A stretch of 64,000 nt of DNA from Octopus vulgaris. Taxonomy: Eukaryota. Below the pieces are notes generated by a model. It made no database searches and was not told the DNA's origin. It was given only the letters and a program-made list of their open reading frames with translations. Location of the stretch: NCBI GenBank assembly GCA_951406725.2, contig OX597821.1:49290001-49354000 (forward strand), written 5' to 3'. The position numbers were made by a program, and so were the translations under genes. Below, one piece after another: positions 47,649 through 61,394 of this stretch; within the stretch, counting starts at the first letter, position 1; each line of letters starts with the position of its first letter.

Positions 47649-48859
47649 GTAACTGACCCCCTCCCCCTTTTTTTTTTTTTAGTTTTATAATGAATAGGAC
47701 TGAGTGTAGAATTGTTGAAATAGGAATGGTGTACTTCATAAGTTCCAGTGTAAGGAATGGACAACATTTAGTGTAATGAATGGTGGGAACAATTTAGTGT
47801 TGGGGAAAATAGAAAATGGGGAGAAGAGAAAGGGTTGGGCTTAGGGTGTGGCAACATAACAGGACTGTGGTTGGGTGCTTCTAGGATTGAAACATGTCTG
47901 CATGTGCGTGTATCTGATGGTGCATTTATGTGAGTATGTATGTGTGTGTTTGTATGTTTGTGCATGGACTTGTGACTTGTGTATGTGCATGTGTATTTGT
48001 GTGTGCATGAACATGTATATATATATATATATATATGTATTGCACGTGTGTATACTTGATAGTGTTTATGTGTGTGCATGTATGTTTGTATGTGTTCATG
48101 TATGTTTCTACGAATATATGCTTGCACATGTATGTGTCTGATGGTGTTTGTATGTAAATTGAGGTTGGTCAAACCATAGTGTAACAGTCAATTAAACAAT
48201 GTATTAAGCAAGTTCAGAGGAGCAGAGAATATAGTAATAACAGTTAATGAGAGTGAAAGAGGTAACAACATAATTATGTTGTGTAAGAGCTAAATCTTCA
48301 ATCAGCTTATAATATATTATAAGGTGATATGGCTTGAAAGTCATGCTACCAATGGTTTCATGTGGAAATTCTTTCCACGTGAAACCATTGGTTGTATTGT
48401 TAATCCAAAAAAAAGGAAAGTGTATGTTTGTATGTATGTGTGTATATGTATTGTTTGTCATTCTGGTGTGGATTCCAAAGAGGATTCCATGCCTTTTCCA
48501 CAAATTGGGGAAAAGTTTCAAAATTTTCCATAGTCAATTATTATACAAAAAAAGTAAAGCAAAAATGGTTATTGTTTTTAAGAAGAAAAAGATCAGCAAC
48601 AGAAAAAAAAAGTGTAAAACTAACACTTGAAAATTGTGAGCAAATACTGTCCACACCCTGTATATGTGTATATATGACTTGTGGTAATTTTATGCCATCA
48701 CAGAGTTTATCTTCCAGCCTCTCTTCATAATTAGTACTGCACACTTATTTATTCCAAATTGCACTTTAATTTCCTCTTACTTTTTGGATCAGAAAAACTG
48801 GGTCTTCATATTTTGTATATAGTTTGGACATTGACAAAAACGAACTGGCTAGTCTGTTC

Positions 48860-49420
48860 CGGAGGACTTTCCAGTTGCAGATTACCATGGATAATTTCCA
48901 GTTGTCCTTGGTCTGGCAATTCAAGATAAATTCTATAGGCATGGATGTGCTGTCAGACAGGCTTGTCTAAGATGTGTGCAGAATGACAAAACTGTTCTGC
49001 ATGCACTCGTTCAGTGTCCAGACATTGATGACTTGTGGAATTATGTCAAAGAGCTGCTGTCACATGTGAGATAGATCTGTCTATCAGCCAAGTCCAAGGT
49101 GATGATTGCCCCACCACCCTCTTTAATCAGGTTGCTGAGACAGTTTTCCTTTGCCTGATGGCTGGAAAGAGGTCATCTGGTGGATGAGTCTGAAAGGCAT
49201 GAGGACAGAGACATTCACCTTCGGTATATCCCTCATCAACTTTTTCGAGTTTTTCTTGAAAAGGAAAGTGAGAGTGGAGAGGGAGAGGCTGTCCTCAAGT
49301 GAATTTATTGAAAGGTGGGTGAAAGTTGTGAAAATGGCGAGAGTGGATGGTACTGCTCTAAGTGTAGACCTGTGAGTCAGAGAAAAGGATTTAGAGAGGC
49401 CAATTGCCCATGGTGTTTGG
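48860..49420 (+). mobile_element. Decayed Tx1/L1-like LINE 3' portion
   Basis: CLRCVQNDKTVLHALVQCP zinc-knuckle motif; homologous to 59090-59540. Confidence 0.65.
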
Positions 49421-50269
49421 AGAGATCTTGAACAGTGGGGTTCCTTGACTATCCCTAGAGCTCCTCCTGTATCAAGAGGACCACATTACTATCATCCTTT
49501 ATTTTTCCTTCTTTTACTATTATATACAATGTATACTTCCCTTTTGTTTTATTGTATATCATGTATACTTTCCTTCTTCTTTTTTAAAAGTCATTTCATT
49601 ATATGTAACCCCTACACACACACACACATACACTTTATGTCTGTCTTTGTCCTTCACCCTGGTGGCAAATTAAAGAAATCATTACTGTTGTCATCACTGT
49701 TGTCATCATCATCTGTTTGGCGTTTGCTTTGTATTTGTACAAGTTGACTCCAAGTCTCACTCAGAGACCTCAAGAGACAAGTTAGAAGTTCAAGTTGGTG
49801 TTAATACTAGGGTGCCATATTTTTGTTTTTGCACAAAAATTAGAAGTTTGCTTTAAAAGTAATTTGGTGATAAGATGATTGTGTGATCTTAAGATGACAG
49901 TAATAGCTGTTTGCTATTATGTACATTTAAAAGTACTTTTGACAATGTTTACAGATGAAAATGTTTTGGGAATTACAAAGACAATATTTTTTGTAGGATA
50001 TAAGCAGTTCCTACAAGCACAGTTTTTTAAAATTTCTTCCCATTTTTGGATTTCCTGTTATCTGAGACAGGTAGCAATCAGCCCTTTTTGCTGTCATTCC
50101 TAGGGCACCTATGACAACAGATATTGTTTTAGTCTTAAGGCTTCACATTTTTCCAGTTTCTATTTCAAGGTCTTTATATTTGCTCAGTTTTTCGTAGGTC
50201 TTGACAGTATAATGTCTGGCCCATTTGCATCTTTCTCTTGTATTATTACCACCATCATCATCATCATCA

Positions 50270-50307
<38 letters not shown>

Positions 50308-51334
50308 TATCTTTTAGGGTGCCTCTGTCCTTCAACTACCCCCAGGCCACAAGCGAACAAGTTCTAATGTATCTACTAGATCTCTTCTGTGTGATGATGA
50401 TGATGATGTATGTTCATTGTTTCATTATTCTTTATCTTACAGAAGAATTACCAGTTTGCTACAATTTAATCAAATATTGAATTTATTGAAAAAATATGTG
50501 AAATTTCTAAAAGGCCCAAAGTTTTTGGAATCTTAAGATTCTGATCTAATTAATGTTTGAAAGATGACCTAGTTTTAAATCTGAGTCCTTTCTGACTAAC
50601 TACATTGCCTTCATTACAATTAATTTTGGTAAAATGAAGAATTTAATAAAATAACTTTGCTGATGTTTGGAGCATAAATTAACCTGAAATTTGACCCTTT
50701 TGTTACCATATTTCTACTCACCTACACTAACTTTATTTCAATTAATTTTGAAAATACTGAAGAATTTAGTAAAATACCTTATATTTAATGTTTGGAATAC
50801 AAATCAGCATCAGCTTTGGGTGGAAGGTTTTAATTTATATCACTTTAAAACCTGAAGTTTGTGTCATAGATACAGGATGGTCTTGGGTGGGTTAGTATTA
50901 AAAAGACTATATTTGTGTTATACCAACACTGTTATATATTGCTATATCAGATTTTATATGGCTTCAAATAGAGATATATAATTTGGTGAGGATAGAATAG
51001 TAAGCCAATAGGGAACCAAAAAGCTAATATATCCTGTTACTGGTTCTACATGAAGTCTTTGGCTAAAACACTTGACAACCTCTTGGTCCAGTCTGCTTGG
51101 CTGTAAATAGGTGTTATGCACCAAGTGGTAATACTTGAAGCATTATTTCATTACTGTGTTGGTATCAATTTTGTGTCAGTACAGCTGTGAAGGGTTATGT
51201 AAACAAATTCTTAAATACAGCCAATGAACTTTTATTCAAGTTACATATTAATATCAATGTTACAGTTAAATATAGTAGTTAAGCTACTATTTTACTTCAG
51301 AAGTATTACTAGTTATGCTATACAGAGTAAATGT

Positions 51335-51532
51335 AAGAGAAATTACATTAAACATCAGTTTATATCATTTGTTCTTGCATACGTTTCACTATTATGGTTG
51401 CTTGGAACACTTCATTGGATGTTTCAAGTTCGATCCGTTGTGGATCAGCTAATGCAGAGTTCCAAACAACCACAATGGTGAAATGTACGTAAGAACAAAT
51501 TATGTAAATTTGTATTTATCATAATTTCTCTT
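51335..51532. repeat. Degenerate inverted repeat carrying 3' halves of hammerhead motifs (old Penelope pseudo-LTR)
   Basis: tttgttcttgcatacgtttcactattatggttgcttggaac versus gttccaaacaaccacaatggtgaaatgtacgtaagaacaaa. Confidence 0.6.
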
Positions 51533-52547
51533 CTATTTGAATATATAAGTATTAATGTGTTAGATTATATATTTCTATTTCAAGCCATCTGTGTGAAATA
51601 TTAGTATTAGATGTAAATAGTAAGGTGTTAACATTTCAATATAAATGTTAATGTGTTACAGTATAATATATAAATATTAAAGTGGTGCATTTCAATATAT
51701 GGACATTAAAGTGTTACTAAGCATTTTGAGAGGTTATTTAAAAAAAAAGGAGGTTTTTGACCAAAGCTGTGCTATATAAAATTCCTGATTTATAAAGCAA
51801 ATAAAATGTTAATTTTTATAAAAAAAAATAAAGGTAGGTGAATTCTTTTAATTTTCCAGTACCCCTTTTTATTTGATCTCCTTTCTCAGTTTAAAATTTA
51901 GGGTTTTGTTCAACCTGTAAAAACGTGGGCATATCTCAATATTTATTAATTTATTATTGGGCATTGTGTTTATCTCTATCATTGCCACTAGTATATATTA
52001 CATGGACACAGAAAGAGTGGGGTGTCTCTTTTTGGGGATACAACAACAGTTGCTGTAGATAAGGAAATGTAGAATACAACATGGGTAACTAACAGTTCTT
52101 GCTGTTTGCAACAGTGACTTCTACATTAATTATATGATAGAATGAACGGTTGACTTTACTTACAGAATATGTTAAACCACTTCAGTTATTAAGTGCTCTC
52201 ATCATACTATTTATTGTGTAACAAATTGGATTAATCAAGTGATGGTTATCTTTGCTATAAACTCAGTACAGTACAAGGGACAGGTTACAAACTTTTAATG
52301 TTTCAAACACCAAACTGGTACCTTGATGGCTTAAATTTTAATACACATCTTAAAGCTTCTTGAATGTACAGAAATGTCTGAAAGAATCAATATGTTTAAG
52401 ATGTTTAACATAAAACCCTAAGTGAAAAGAAATTGGTGATACTAAGATGTTCGCCAAAATGTAGGGATATGATTATTTTAATGTTGGCTTATTTAAACAA
52501 TTTTAAATGATAAAACTAAATCTAAAATAGGCAACCTATATAGGTAC

Positions 52548-52584
<37 letters not shown>

Positions 52585-52789
52585 ATCATCATCATCATCA
52601 TCATCACCATTTAATGTTTACTTTTCCATTCTGGCAAAGGCTAAATGGAATTTGTTAAAGCAGAATTTTTTACAGCCAGATGGCTTTCCTGTCACCCCAC
52701 CTGTTTCCAAGTGAGGTAATATTCCTTGTGACCAGACAAGTTTTCACACAAGATTGAACACAAAGGATACTATTTGCATATGTGCATGT

Positions 52790-52834
<45 letters not shown>

Positions 52835-53084
52835 GTGGGCTTTTAATTTTCATCTACCAAATACACTTAGAAGGCTTTGGTTGGCTATGACTATAGTAGA
52901 AGACACAGGCTCAAAGGTACCCACAGTGGGACTGAACTTGAGACCATGTGGTTGGGAAACAAACTTCTTACAGCTGTATTGTTTCTTTGATTTCTTTTGT
53001 AAGAGAGAAGGAAAATATTTAGGTAATTATAACTCTAGTCTACTAATACATGAAGAAGTTAATAACTGTGGCAGGATTTACCAA

Positions 53085-53490
53085 TACAAACAAATATAAG
53101 TGGTCAAATTGGGATTCTTCTGAAGACTCTCTGGAGTAATATTCCTTGGTAGAGTGTGTAGTTCAGAGATCAGGAAGTTTCCAGGTTCAGCTGCTACTTC
53201 ATTGCATTGAGAGGTCACAGCTTTAGTTCTATGGACATGTGCTTAGAATATCACAGGAAAGACTCACAAGACAGATTCTTCAAGCAAAGCTAACTAGCAG
53301 AAAACCTGGGGGTAGACCAAGAACAAGATGGTTGGATAATATCCATATTCTGAATTGGTTATGCTCAGGAATCCAGTCAAAAAGTGTAATGACTGTTGCT
53401 TCTGATAGGACCATATGGAGGAAGTGCCTGAGGACTCTACCCCCAAAATCCTCCCAAGAATGGTGGGCAGAGAAGATGGATGGATGTACC
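53085..53490 (+). mobile_element. RTE-like LINE C-terminal fragment
   Basis: YGHVLRISQERLTRQIL...RKPGGRPRTRWLD. Confidence 0.75.
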
Positions 53491-54111
53491 AAATGGGACA
53501 GAAGTTATCTACTGCAAGAAATACCTAATGGGGCTGAAGATATTATCTCTGGCAACATTTACCACACAGTCCTGAGGAAGAATGATTGAACAAAGTTTGT
53601 AGAATAGGGATAAGAAGAAGGAAGATTAGGTGTGTTGGTTGAGTGTATAGTAGTAGTAGTAGTAATAGTAGTAGTAGCAGCAGCAGCAGCAGTAGTAGTA
53701 GTAGAAGAAGAAGAAGAGCAAAAAAAACCTGTATGAACTTCAAGGTTGCAGCATATTGGTGAATGAGACATTGCTAACCAGCCAACTTGATGCAGTCAAA
53801 GGTATTTGTGTAACAACAACTGTGTCCCAAATGTGTGAATAGTACTGTTTGATGGGTCTTCATTTTTATGAAAGGTCAACAACTGGTCACTTTTGAATTA
53901 CATCCTAACAAAGACAATTCTTAGTTTCATGAATACAATGGCTTCAACAATGTTAATATGTATCAAGTTGTTAGAAAAGCCCCTCAGATCATTGGGAAGT
54001 CTTGCAGTGATTTTTAGAATTTGACAGTTCTCTAACTCAGATTCCTTAACGATCTAATCTTTGGACTTCTTTCTAATTTGTGTTGCTAAATTTTCTCCTT
54101 TTCATTTTCAG

Positions 54112-54204
54112 GATATAATTGTTTTCCAAGAAGAAGCCAATAAAAAATTATTTTGTCGCTTATGTGATCGAGTTTTCAAAGATCCAGTGATTGTATCCTG
54201 TGGG
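54112..54204 (+). CDS. TRAF7: TRAF7-like E3 ubiquitin ligase, first half of the RING finger (93 nt, phase 0-0): DIIVFQEEANKKLFCRLCDRVFKDPVIVSCG
   Basis: Acceptor ttttcAG, donor GTGAGT; CxxC...VFKDPVIxxCG closely matches TRAF7 ([29 protein letters not shown], recalled). Rest of the gene lies beyond the window. Confidence 0.88.
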
Positions 54205-55764
54205 GTGAGTAAATGGAATCTGTACCTTCCAATAATTTATTTAGTACCATGAATTACTAGCCATCATTTCAAGTATTTATTTGGCACATAATTACAATTA
54301 TATATGTATCATATATATCTAGTTATCATGCCAGTCATTTATTAACTGCTAGTTTTTGGAAGACTGTAGATACCTGGGAATTTTCTACTCTTCTATATCT
54401 ATATTTTAGTGGGTTGCATCATAATCACCATCATTATCATATCATGAATATCATGTTTATATCTGCTTTGCATGCTGGCATTAGTTGAATGGATTGTCAT
54501 AGTCAGAGTCTGTTCTTATTTGAGGACATTCTTCTCCTAGACAGGTCAGAGTACTACATCTCAGTTATGCACTACATTTTTAACTTGGTTTCTACTGCTT
54601 GATGCCCTTCCTAACACTAGCTACTTTACATAGAGTACTTGAGTATGTTATATTATAGTACAAGTACTAGAGACAATTTAATACATGATTTGAGAATTAT
54701 CACCTTTGTGAGTTACAACACCTTTGAAATCAGTCTTCACTGCTTCCTCCCATGTCACGCTTGGTCTCTTTCTTTCACAGGTTCCATATACTTTAATTAC
54801 TCACTACAGCTATCATCTTCCATACACATTCTTCTACTAGTGCAATCTTCTCTCTTGGATACGCTACAATCTCATTCCTCTTATTCCCAGTTTTTCTTTT
54901 GATTTATTTATATTCCATCATTCATACACACTAGCATGCTCACCTAATATCTTTCTAGTCATTGCAAATCCTCTGCATTCAGGGCCCACATCTCATTAGC
55001 ATGCAGCATTACACTTCATATACAAGTATTATGGAATTTGTTCTTCATTCTGAGAGAGAAACTATTACTTACAGAGGTAATGGCTCCTTGAACTTGAACT
55101 CCATCCTACTCTTACTCTGGTTGCTGTTTTCTAAACACTCATTTCACTTAACTAACAAAAGCTATCAACCACCTCAGACATTTCATGGAATCATGGAGTT
55201 TATTTTGTAAATAATCAACTCCTCTTTGAGCTTTCATACTGTCTTTCCCCAGATTGCACTGTGTTACTGAGTCTATCTAGTGCTGATACTAAAGTCACTA
55301 ACCTCTCATAAATGTTGAGTGGTATAAACCTTTCTTGCTTATAAGAGAGGAAGAGGGAGTGAGAAGCATTACCAGAACACAATGAAAGAGGGTGTGAGTA
55401 GGATGCATTATGTCACTGCTTTGGAAACAGACAACAGCATATTTTTCAGCAACAACAATTTTGAAAATGAAACATTGAAACCATTACAATCAACAACAAA
55501 ATTTAAAGACAAACTGAAAAGGAAAAATTTTAACAAAGAAATCCCCAAAGCCAACAGCAACAACAACAAATTTCAAAATTAAATTTGGGAATGAAATTTA
55601 AGGATTCCAGAGGGCAGTGTGTTAATAAAAATATCAAAGATGATAGATTAAAAAAAGAATTTTAGAAGGGCCTTTTAGAAAATGTAAGAGTGAAAAGAGG
55701 TCTAAGCAGCAGGACTTCTTGAAAATCAAGATGAAAGTTACCTGCTCTTTTTTTTTTTTTCTCT

Positions 55765-58700
55765 GGAGTGATAGGGATGCAGAGTTCTGCAAAAGGCTGA
55801 TACAAGAAGCAATGGCTAGCTGCACATGTGCATGACCTGGGATCAGCTTGGAACCAAGGTCACTTGCTCAAAAATCTCAGGTCACTCAATATAGATGTAT
55901 TAGCCACTAATGAGAGAAAATTTTCAGAGTGCACACTGGTCCTCGATGTGAACAGTAGTAAAGGTGACATCTTTAATCTTGTGGCTGTTTATGACTCAAC
56001 AGGAGCTGGAAAGCTAGATTTCTCCAGACATCTGGAAACCTTCTTGGGAACGTCTCACTTTTTAATATTAGTTGAGGACTTGAAATGCATTTCGGGTGGT
56101 GTCTCCAAAACCTCAGAAATATCCATTTGTCTGATAAGTATTGACAAAGTTCCCCTTATGTGCTAGTGTGGACATGGAGCAACCTCAGCAGGTCATCCAG
56201 ATCATGTTTCAATATAGTATTTATTAGGTCACCAGATAGGAATAGTGTAAGATGTCCACAATTCAAACTAGTCAACTATCCAGATCACAAATTTGTGATC
56301 TGCTTAGTTGATTTAGATAGGACCTATAGACTGAGACTCAGTTACTGGAAGTTGAATGCATCCTTACTGGCATGCAAAGACTTTGTACTTCATTGCACAA
56401 AAGGAAAACATTGAAAGAGGACAAGGTCTTCAGGACCAGCATTTTCAAGGTGCTACAAAATTTGAAAATAGTATGGCTGAATTTGGAAACGTTTTGAAGC
56501 CTCAACACAAGAGCCAACCTAAAAGACAACCTGAAGGAACCCCAAAGTTTCACCCAGTCACTGTGCTCACCTCAAAGTAGATAACCTGTAACTTACTCTC
56601 CTCCTCCTTTTCAACTTTAGAAGCAAGGTCTTTTGGTCAGTAATCTCAGATTGCTAAGTTTGGATATGATAGCATTGGCTAGAATAGAATCTTTGACACA
56701 TTTGCATCAGCACCAATTTTGAGGGGATTTTAAGATTTTTGACCTCTTACTCAACCCAATATGGGGGAGGTGTTGCTTTAGAAAAGCCTGGTCCTTGAGA
56801 TACAGTTGGTAAGTTGGTAGTCCTGGATATAAACTGCAGTAAAAGCTTTCCTTATAGACTAGTTATCATGTATGCCTGGTTGGGGCAGGGCAACTGTATT
56901 TCTTCAAGAGTCTGAAGATTTTCTTGTGAACATCCCACTCTTTAGAGCTAATGGATACACAATCTTAGATGCACTTCTGGATTGCACAGAACTAGCTGAT
57001 AGGAGAAGGAAGTGGAGGCTGTAAAAGCCTCGCAAACCTGCTTAGTCATTTCCAGCAGGCAGACAGACATAAATTAGATTTCCCAAATACATTTATGTGG
57101 ACATATGCAAACAACATCGAGTCATCCAGATCATATCTGGATAGAGTATTCTGTAGATCAGCCTATAAGGATAGCATAGGTTGTCCTCAGTTCAAAGTGG
57201 TTAGCTACACTGGCCACAAATTTGTATACAGTTAACCTAAATAGGCTGCATAGACAGGGACCTAGTCACTGAAAAATGAATATGGCTTTCCCAGAGTCCT
57301 AAGTTTACAGACTGGATTAGAGAACTAGTTAAGAGGGAGTTGACTAAAGCAATCATCAATAACAAATGTTGGTCAACCCCAGAAAGGGCTATTAAGAATC
57401 AATAAGGTTTAGTAAGGAAATAGTGATAGAGAATACTAGACTAGAGGGAGAGCTAGTTACTAACCTTGAAGAGGTACTTAGGAAAGGTATTGCGACTGAC
57501 ATACTAGCAGTAAGATTTCTCCGTGGCCAATTCTTCATTACTAAATAAACTTAAAGGTTGCATTGTCAGAGCTTGGGCACATGCTCTAAGGAATGAAGGA
57601 GTGAAAGCCATTTAATGGGCTCAAGTGACAAGTACAATGCAGTCTTTGATGAAGTGGGAGGGGCATGTGTTACTCAATTCCAAGCATATTTGTACCATCT
57701 AACGTGATTGCCTACTGCAGCTCTCAGATAGGGATGCAAAGTTCTGCAAAAGGTTGATGACAGCTGACAAAATACAGAAAGGAATGGCTGGCTGCACAAG
57801 GAAAAAGTTGCTGGAGTTGGATGGTCTACCCTCCAAGCTTTATCTTCACAGGCCAAACTTATTCGAGAGCCTCTTGGTAGATGTCTACTACAGCAGGCAT
57901 CAAAACCAGAAAATTCTCAGCCTGGCAAAACAATGTGTGGTAGTGTTGCTGAGAATGGGCTTGCACAAGAAGGATGGGTTTTTTTTTTAAACTTCAGGCC
58001 CATAACTCTGCAAAATGCAGGGCTGAATATTTTTGGCTGAGGCGTTAAGTAAAGCTTTGGTGCTTGTTGTCAATACTCTGGTAGGTGAAACACAGATATG
58101 CACCATACCAAACAGATCTGTCCACAATAGCCACCTCAAGCAATGCACCTTAGAAAGGGACAGTAAAGAACCTGGCATAGATGGGGCCTGATCAATTGAA
58201 AGCTTTTGATAGGGTTGCCCATCAATACTTGGTGTCTGTTTTTAAGGCTGCTGGTTTTGGTCCTGTCTTGCGAAGCTGGATCACCGTAGTGTACAGTCAT
58301 TTGCTTGGTGGTCAAAATAAATTAAATAAAAATTCCACTTATTAATAAAAATTAACCAGGGGAAGTCATTAGGCCTGCTGCGTAGCACCCTGAGGAGCAG
58401 GTTCATACCATTCAACAGCATTGTAGGACACTGAATGGACAGGCCAGTTAAATTGTTTGGAGTTTGGTTTGGTCCACACCTGAGGGTGGACAACGACTAT
58501 AAAGAAGTGACAAGCTGACTAGTTTTACCAAGAAATAGACCAAAAGAAAACTATTCTAGAAGTGTTTTGTGGAAGTGGCAAATGTTTACATTGTGTCCAT
58601 CATTTACTACCACCTTACTGTCATGCTTTGCCCTGTTGCACAGCTGACCAGAATGGAGCACTTGCTCTTCTGCTTTGAATGAAAGGGACATGCTCTGCTG

Positions 58701-59700
58701 GTCAGATGGTCTATTCGCTGTCACCATTCACTGTGGAGAAGACTGAGTGTTCCATGGCACAAACATGTGCTGTGGCTGTGATACCTCCAGCATTTCCTTG
58801 ACAGTGAGCTAGTGTGGTTACTGTTCATTAGTCATGCTTTTCTGCAGCTTGCTTCTGACAAAGCTACACTCCTAGACCAAGTGTAGACTGAGGCTGGGTG
58901 CTTGGTACCTAGAGTGCCTTTAGGCACCTACAATCCTCTGCCAGTACATTCATTGGAGCTTACACCATGGTGTTCTATGGAGTATTAGTGGTGGGTAAGA
59001 GCGACACCATCCTCAACTAAACTTTGGGCAACAATGAAAATAAACTCAATTGTTATTTCAGTGGAATTTTCAGGCCAGGACTCGAGGATAATTTCCAGAA
59101 ATCCTTGGTCTGGCAGTGCTACCAGGTGGAAAGCATTGCCAGTTAGGGTTAAACACTATTGGTGCATTAGTGCTATCAGCCTCCCTACCCAATATGCACA
59201 CAGAGCAATGAAGCTGTCCTGCATGCACTCATACGGTGCTCAAGCATTGTTGACTTGTGGAGTTATGTTAAACAGCTGCAGTCATTTGTAAGATAGATTC
59301 AGCTATTGGCCAACTCTGTTGTGAAGACTGCCCCACTACCTTCCATTGGCCAAGAAGATCAGTTTTCCTGTCTAATAGTTATGGTGAAAGTGGTGTGAAT
59401 GCAACCGAAAGGACTGAAGATTGATGTTTTTCTTTTTGGCCAATCCCTCAGCAACTTTTTTTAAAATTCCACTTGGAAAGTAGTGAGGTGTGGTTGAAGA
59501 GAGACATCCTGCCTCCCCCATCATCCCATCAATTTGTAAAAAGTTTAATGTATCAAACATTGCCTACTTTATTCATGTGCTTGTCAGTTACAAGGTACAG
59601 AGGCACGAGGATCACTGACCATAGTACTCCTGGTGAGCAGAGTAACTTGAGATCTGTGAGGTTCCTTGGTCACTCCTAGATGGTGTTTTCCCCATTGAGG
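55765..59700 (+). mobile_element. Cluster of strongly decayed Tx1/L1-like LINE fragments
   Basis: AP-endonuclease motifs WTWSN, DHKFV, YWKLNASLL; 56165-56300 is homologous to 57095-57230; downstream RT and zinc-knuckle remnants. Confidence 0.65.
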
Positions 59701-60044
59701 AATCTTGTTAATGTTCTCTTGTTGACTGTTATTGTTTTTATTGTTTATATGCGTTCATGCAAATCTCCACTGTCTTTTGTTTTAGTATTGTCCTAAATGT
59801 CTTTGGTGGAGGTTTCAGGGGCCATGAAATTATTATTCTTATTATTATTCAGTAGTTTTATTTTATTACATGCTTTCACTGCACTACTGACTTATTGTTG
59901 TAGGTATTATTTCTAGATATTTGCATTTCATGTGTTTCTCTTTTTCTTTTATCAATACATTATCACCTGTTAGACTGATATGTTGATTAGAATGCAAGTT
60001 TTTTTCCTTGTTCTTGGGATCTGTGGGGGTCTGTTATTATTATT

Positions 60045-60254
60045 TAGGCATCAAGCTGGCAGAAACGTTTGCATGCTAGGAAAAAACTTTGTGGCATCTT
60101 GTCCATTGTTACAGTCTCAATTTGAATTCCACCAAGGTTGATTTTGTCCTTCATCTTTTCAGGGTCAATGAAATAAGTACCAGTCAAGCACTGGGGTCAC
60201 TGTGATCAACTGTCCCCCTCCCCACAAAATCCAGGCCTTCTGCCTATAGTAGAA

Positions 60255-60302
<48 letters not shown>

Positions 60303-60770
60303 TTTATTTTTATTATCATTATTATTATTATTATTATTATTATTTGCAAGCTGACAGAATTGTCTGCATGCTGGACAAAATTCTAAATAACATTTCTTCT
60401 GGTTTCATATTCTGAGTTCAAATTCTGCCTTGGTCAGATTTCCCTGGGGATCAGTAAAATAAGTACCAGTTTAGTACTGCCTGGGGTCAATGTAATCAAT
60501 TAACCCTCATTCTCCAAAATTTCAAGCCTTTTGTCTATAGTAAAAAGAATTCTTAAGGTGGTGGGCTGACAGAATAGTTATCACACCAGGTGAAATGCTT
60601 AGTGGTATTCTGTCTCCTGCTACATACTGAGTTCAAATTCCATCAAGGTCGATTTTGTCTTTCGTCTTTTCAGAGTCAATAAATTAAGTACCAGTTCAGT
60701 ACTGGGGTCGATATAATCGACTTAACACCTCCCTCAAATTTCAGTCTTTGTGCCTATAGTAGAAAGGATT
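60045..60770 (+). mobile_element. Three head-to-tail copies of a tRNA-derived SINE separated by (TTA)n; further pieces near 62920-63000 and 63665-63872
   Basis: Repeated gctg(g/a)cagaa...gagttcaaattc...aagtaccagt...ggggtc...tatagtagaaa units at about 60045, 60345, 60556. Confidence 0.8.
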
Positions 60771-60787
60771 ATTATTATTGTTATTAT

Positions 60788-61255
60788 TCAGTAGTTTTAT
60801 TTTTATAACATGCTTTCACTTCACTACTGAGCACAGCTCTGTGTGCCTTTGGTATGTGCTGTGGTTTGCTGTGATGCTCTTATGGTTACTGTATTGAAAG
60901 TGTTTTGCATAGGATGTGTGCAGTGCCCAGTAGTGCAATTTTCTGTCTGTTATATGTGTTTGTAAGTCCTGGTGTTTTTGTTATGTATTTGTCTGAATAT
61001 TTTTTTATCGTATCTAATGCGCCCGCTATGGTAGGAATTGTTTCTGTTTTTAGACTCCACATTCAAGTTACCTCTATTTCCAGGTCTTTGAATTTTGAAA
61101 GTTTCTCCATTTCTTTTAGTGAAACATTGTTATCTGTTGGTATTGATACATCAATTAGAAAGCATTTTTTTTCTTCATGATCTCTGACGACTATATCTGG
61201 TCTGTTGGCCTTAATTTCTCTATCTGTGTGTATTGGCATATCCCATAGTATATGA
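60788..61255 (-). mobile_element. R4/Dong-like LINE 3' end (restriction-like endonuclease)
   Basis: Minus strand WDMPIHTDREIKANRPDIVVRD...LIDVSIP...EKLSKFKDLEIE; terminus abuts (ATT)n. Confidence 0.85.
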
Positions 61256-61394
61256 TTGCTTTCTTGTTTTCTGTGGCCTTTTCTGGGGTGTGCTTATACC
61301 ATCTTTTTTCTGTTGTTATACCATAGTGTTTGTTATTCCACAGTGTATGTAGGTCCCAACTCTGTCATTATTGTTATTATTATTATTATTATTT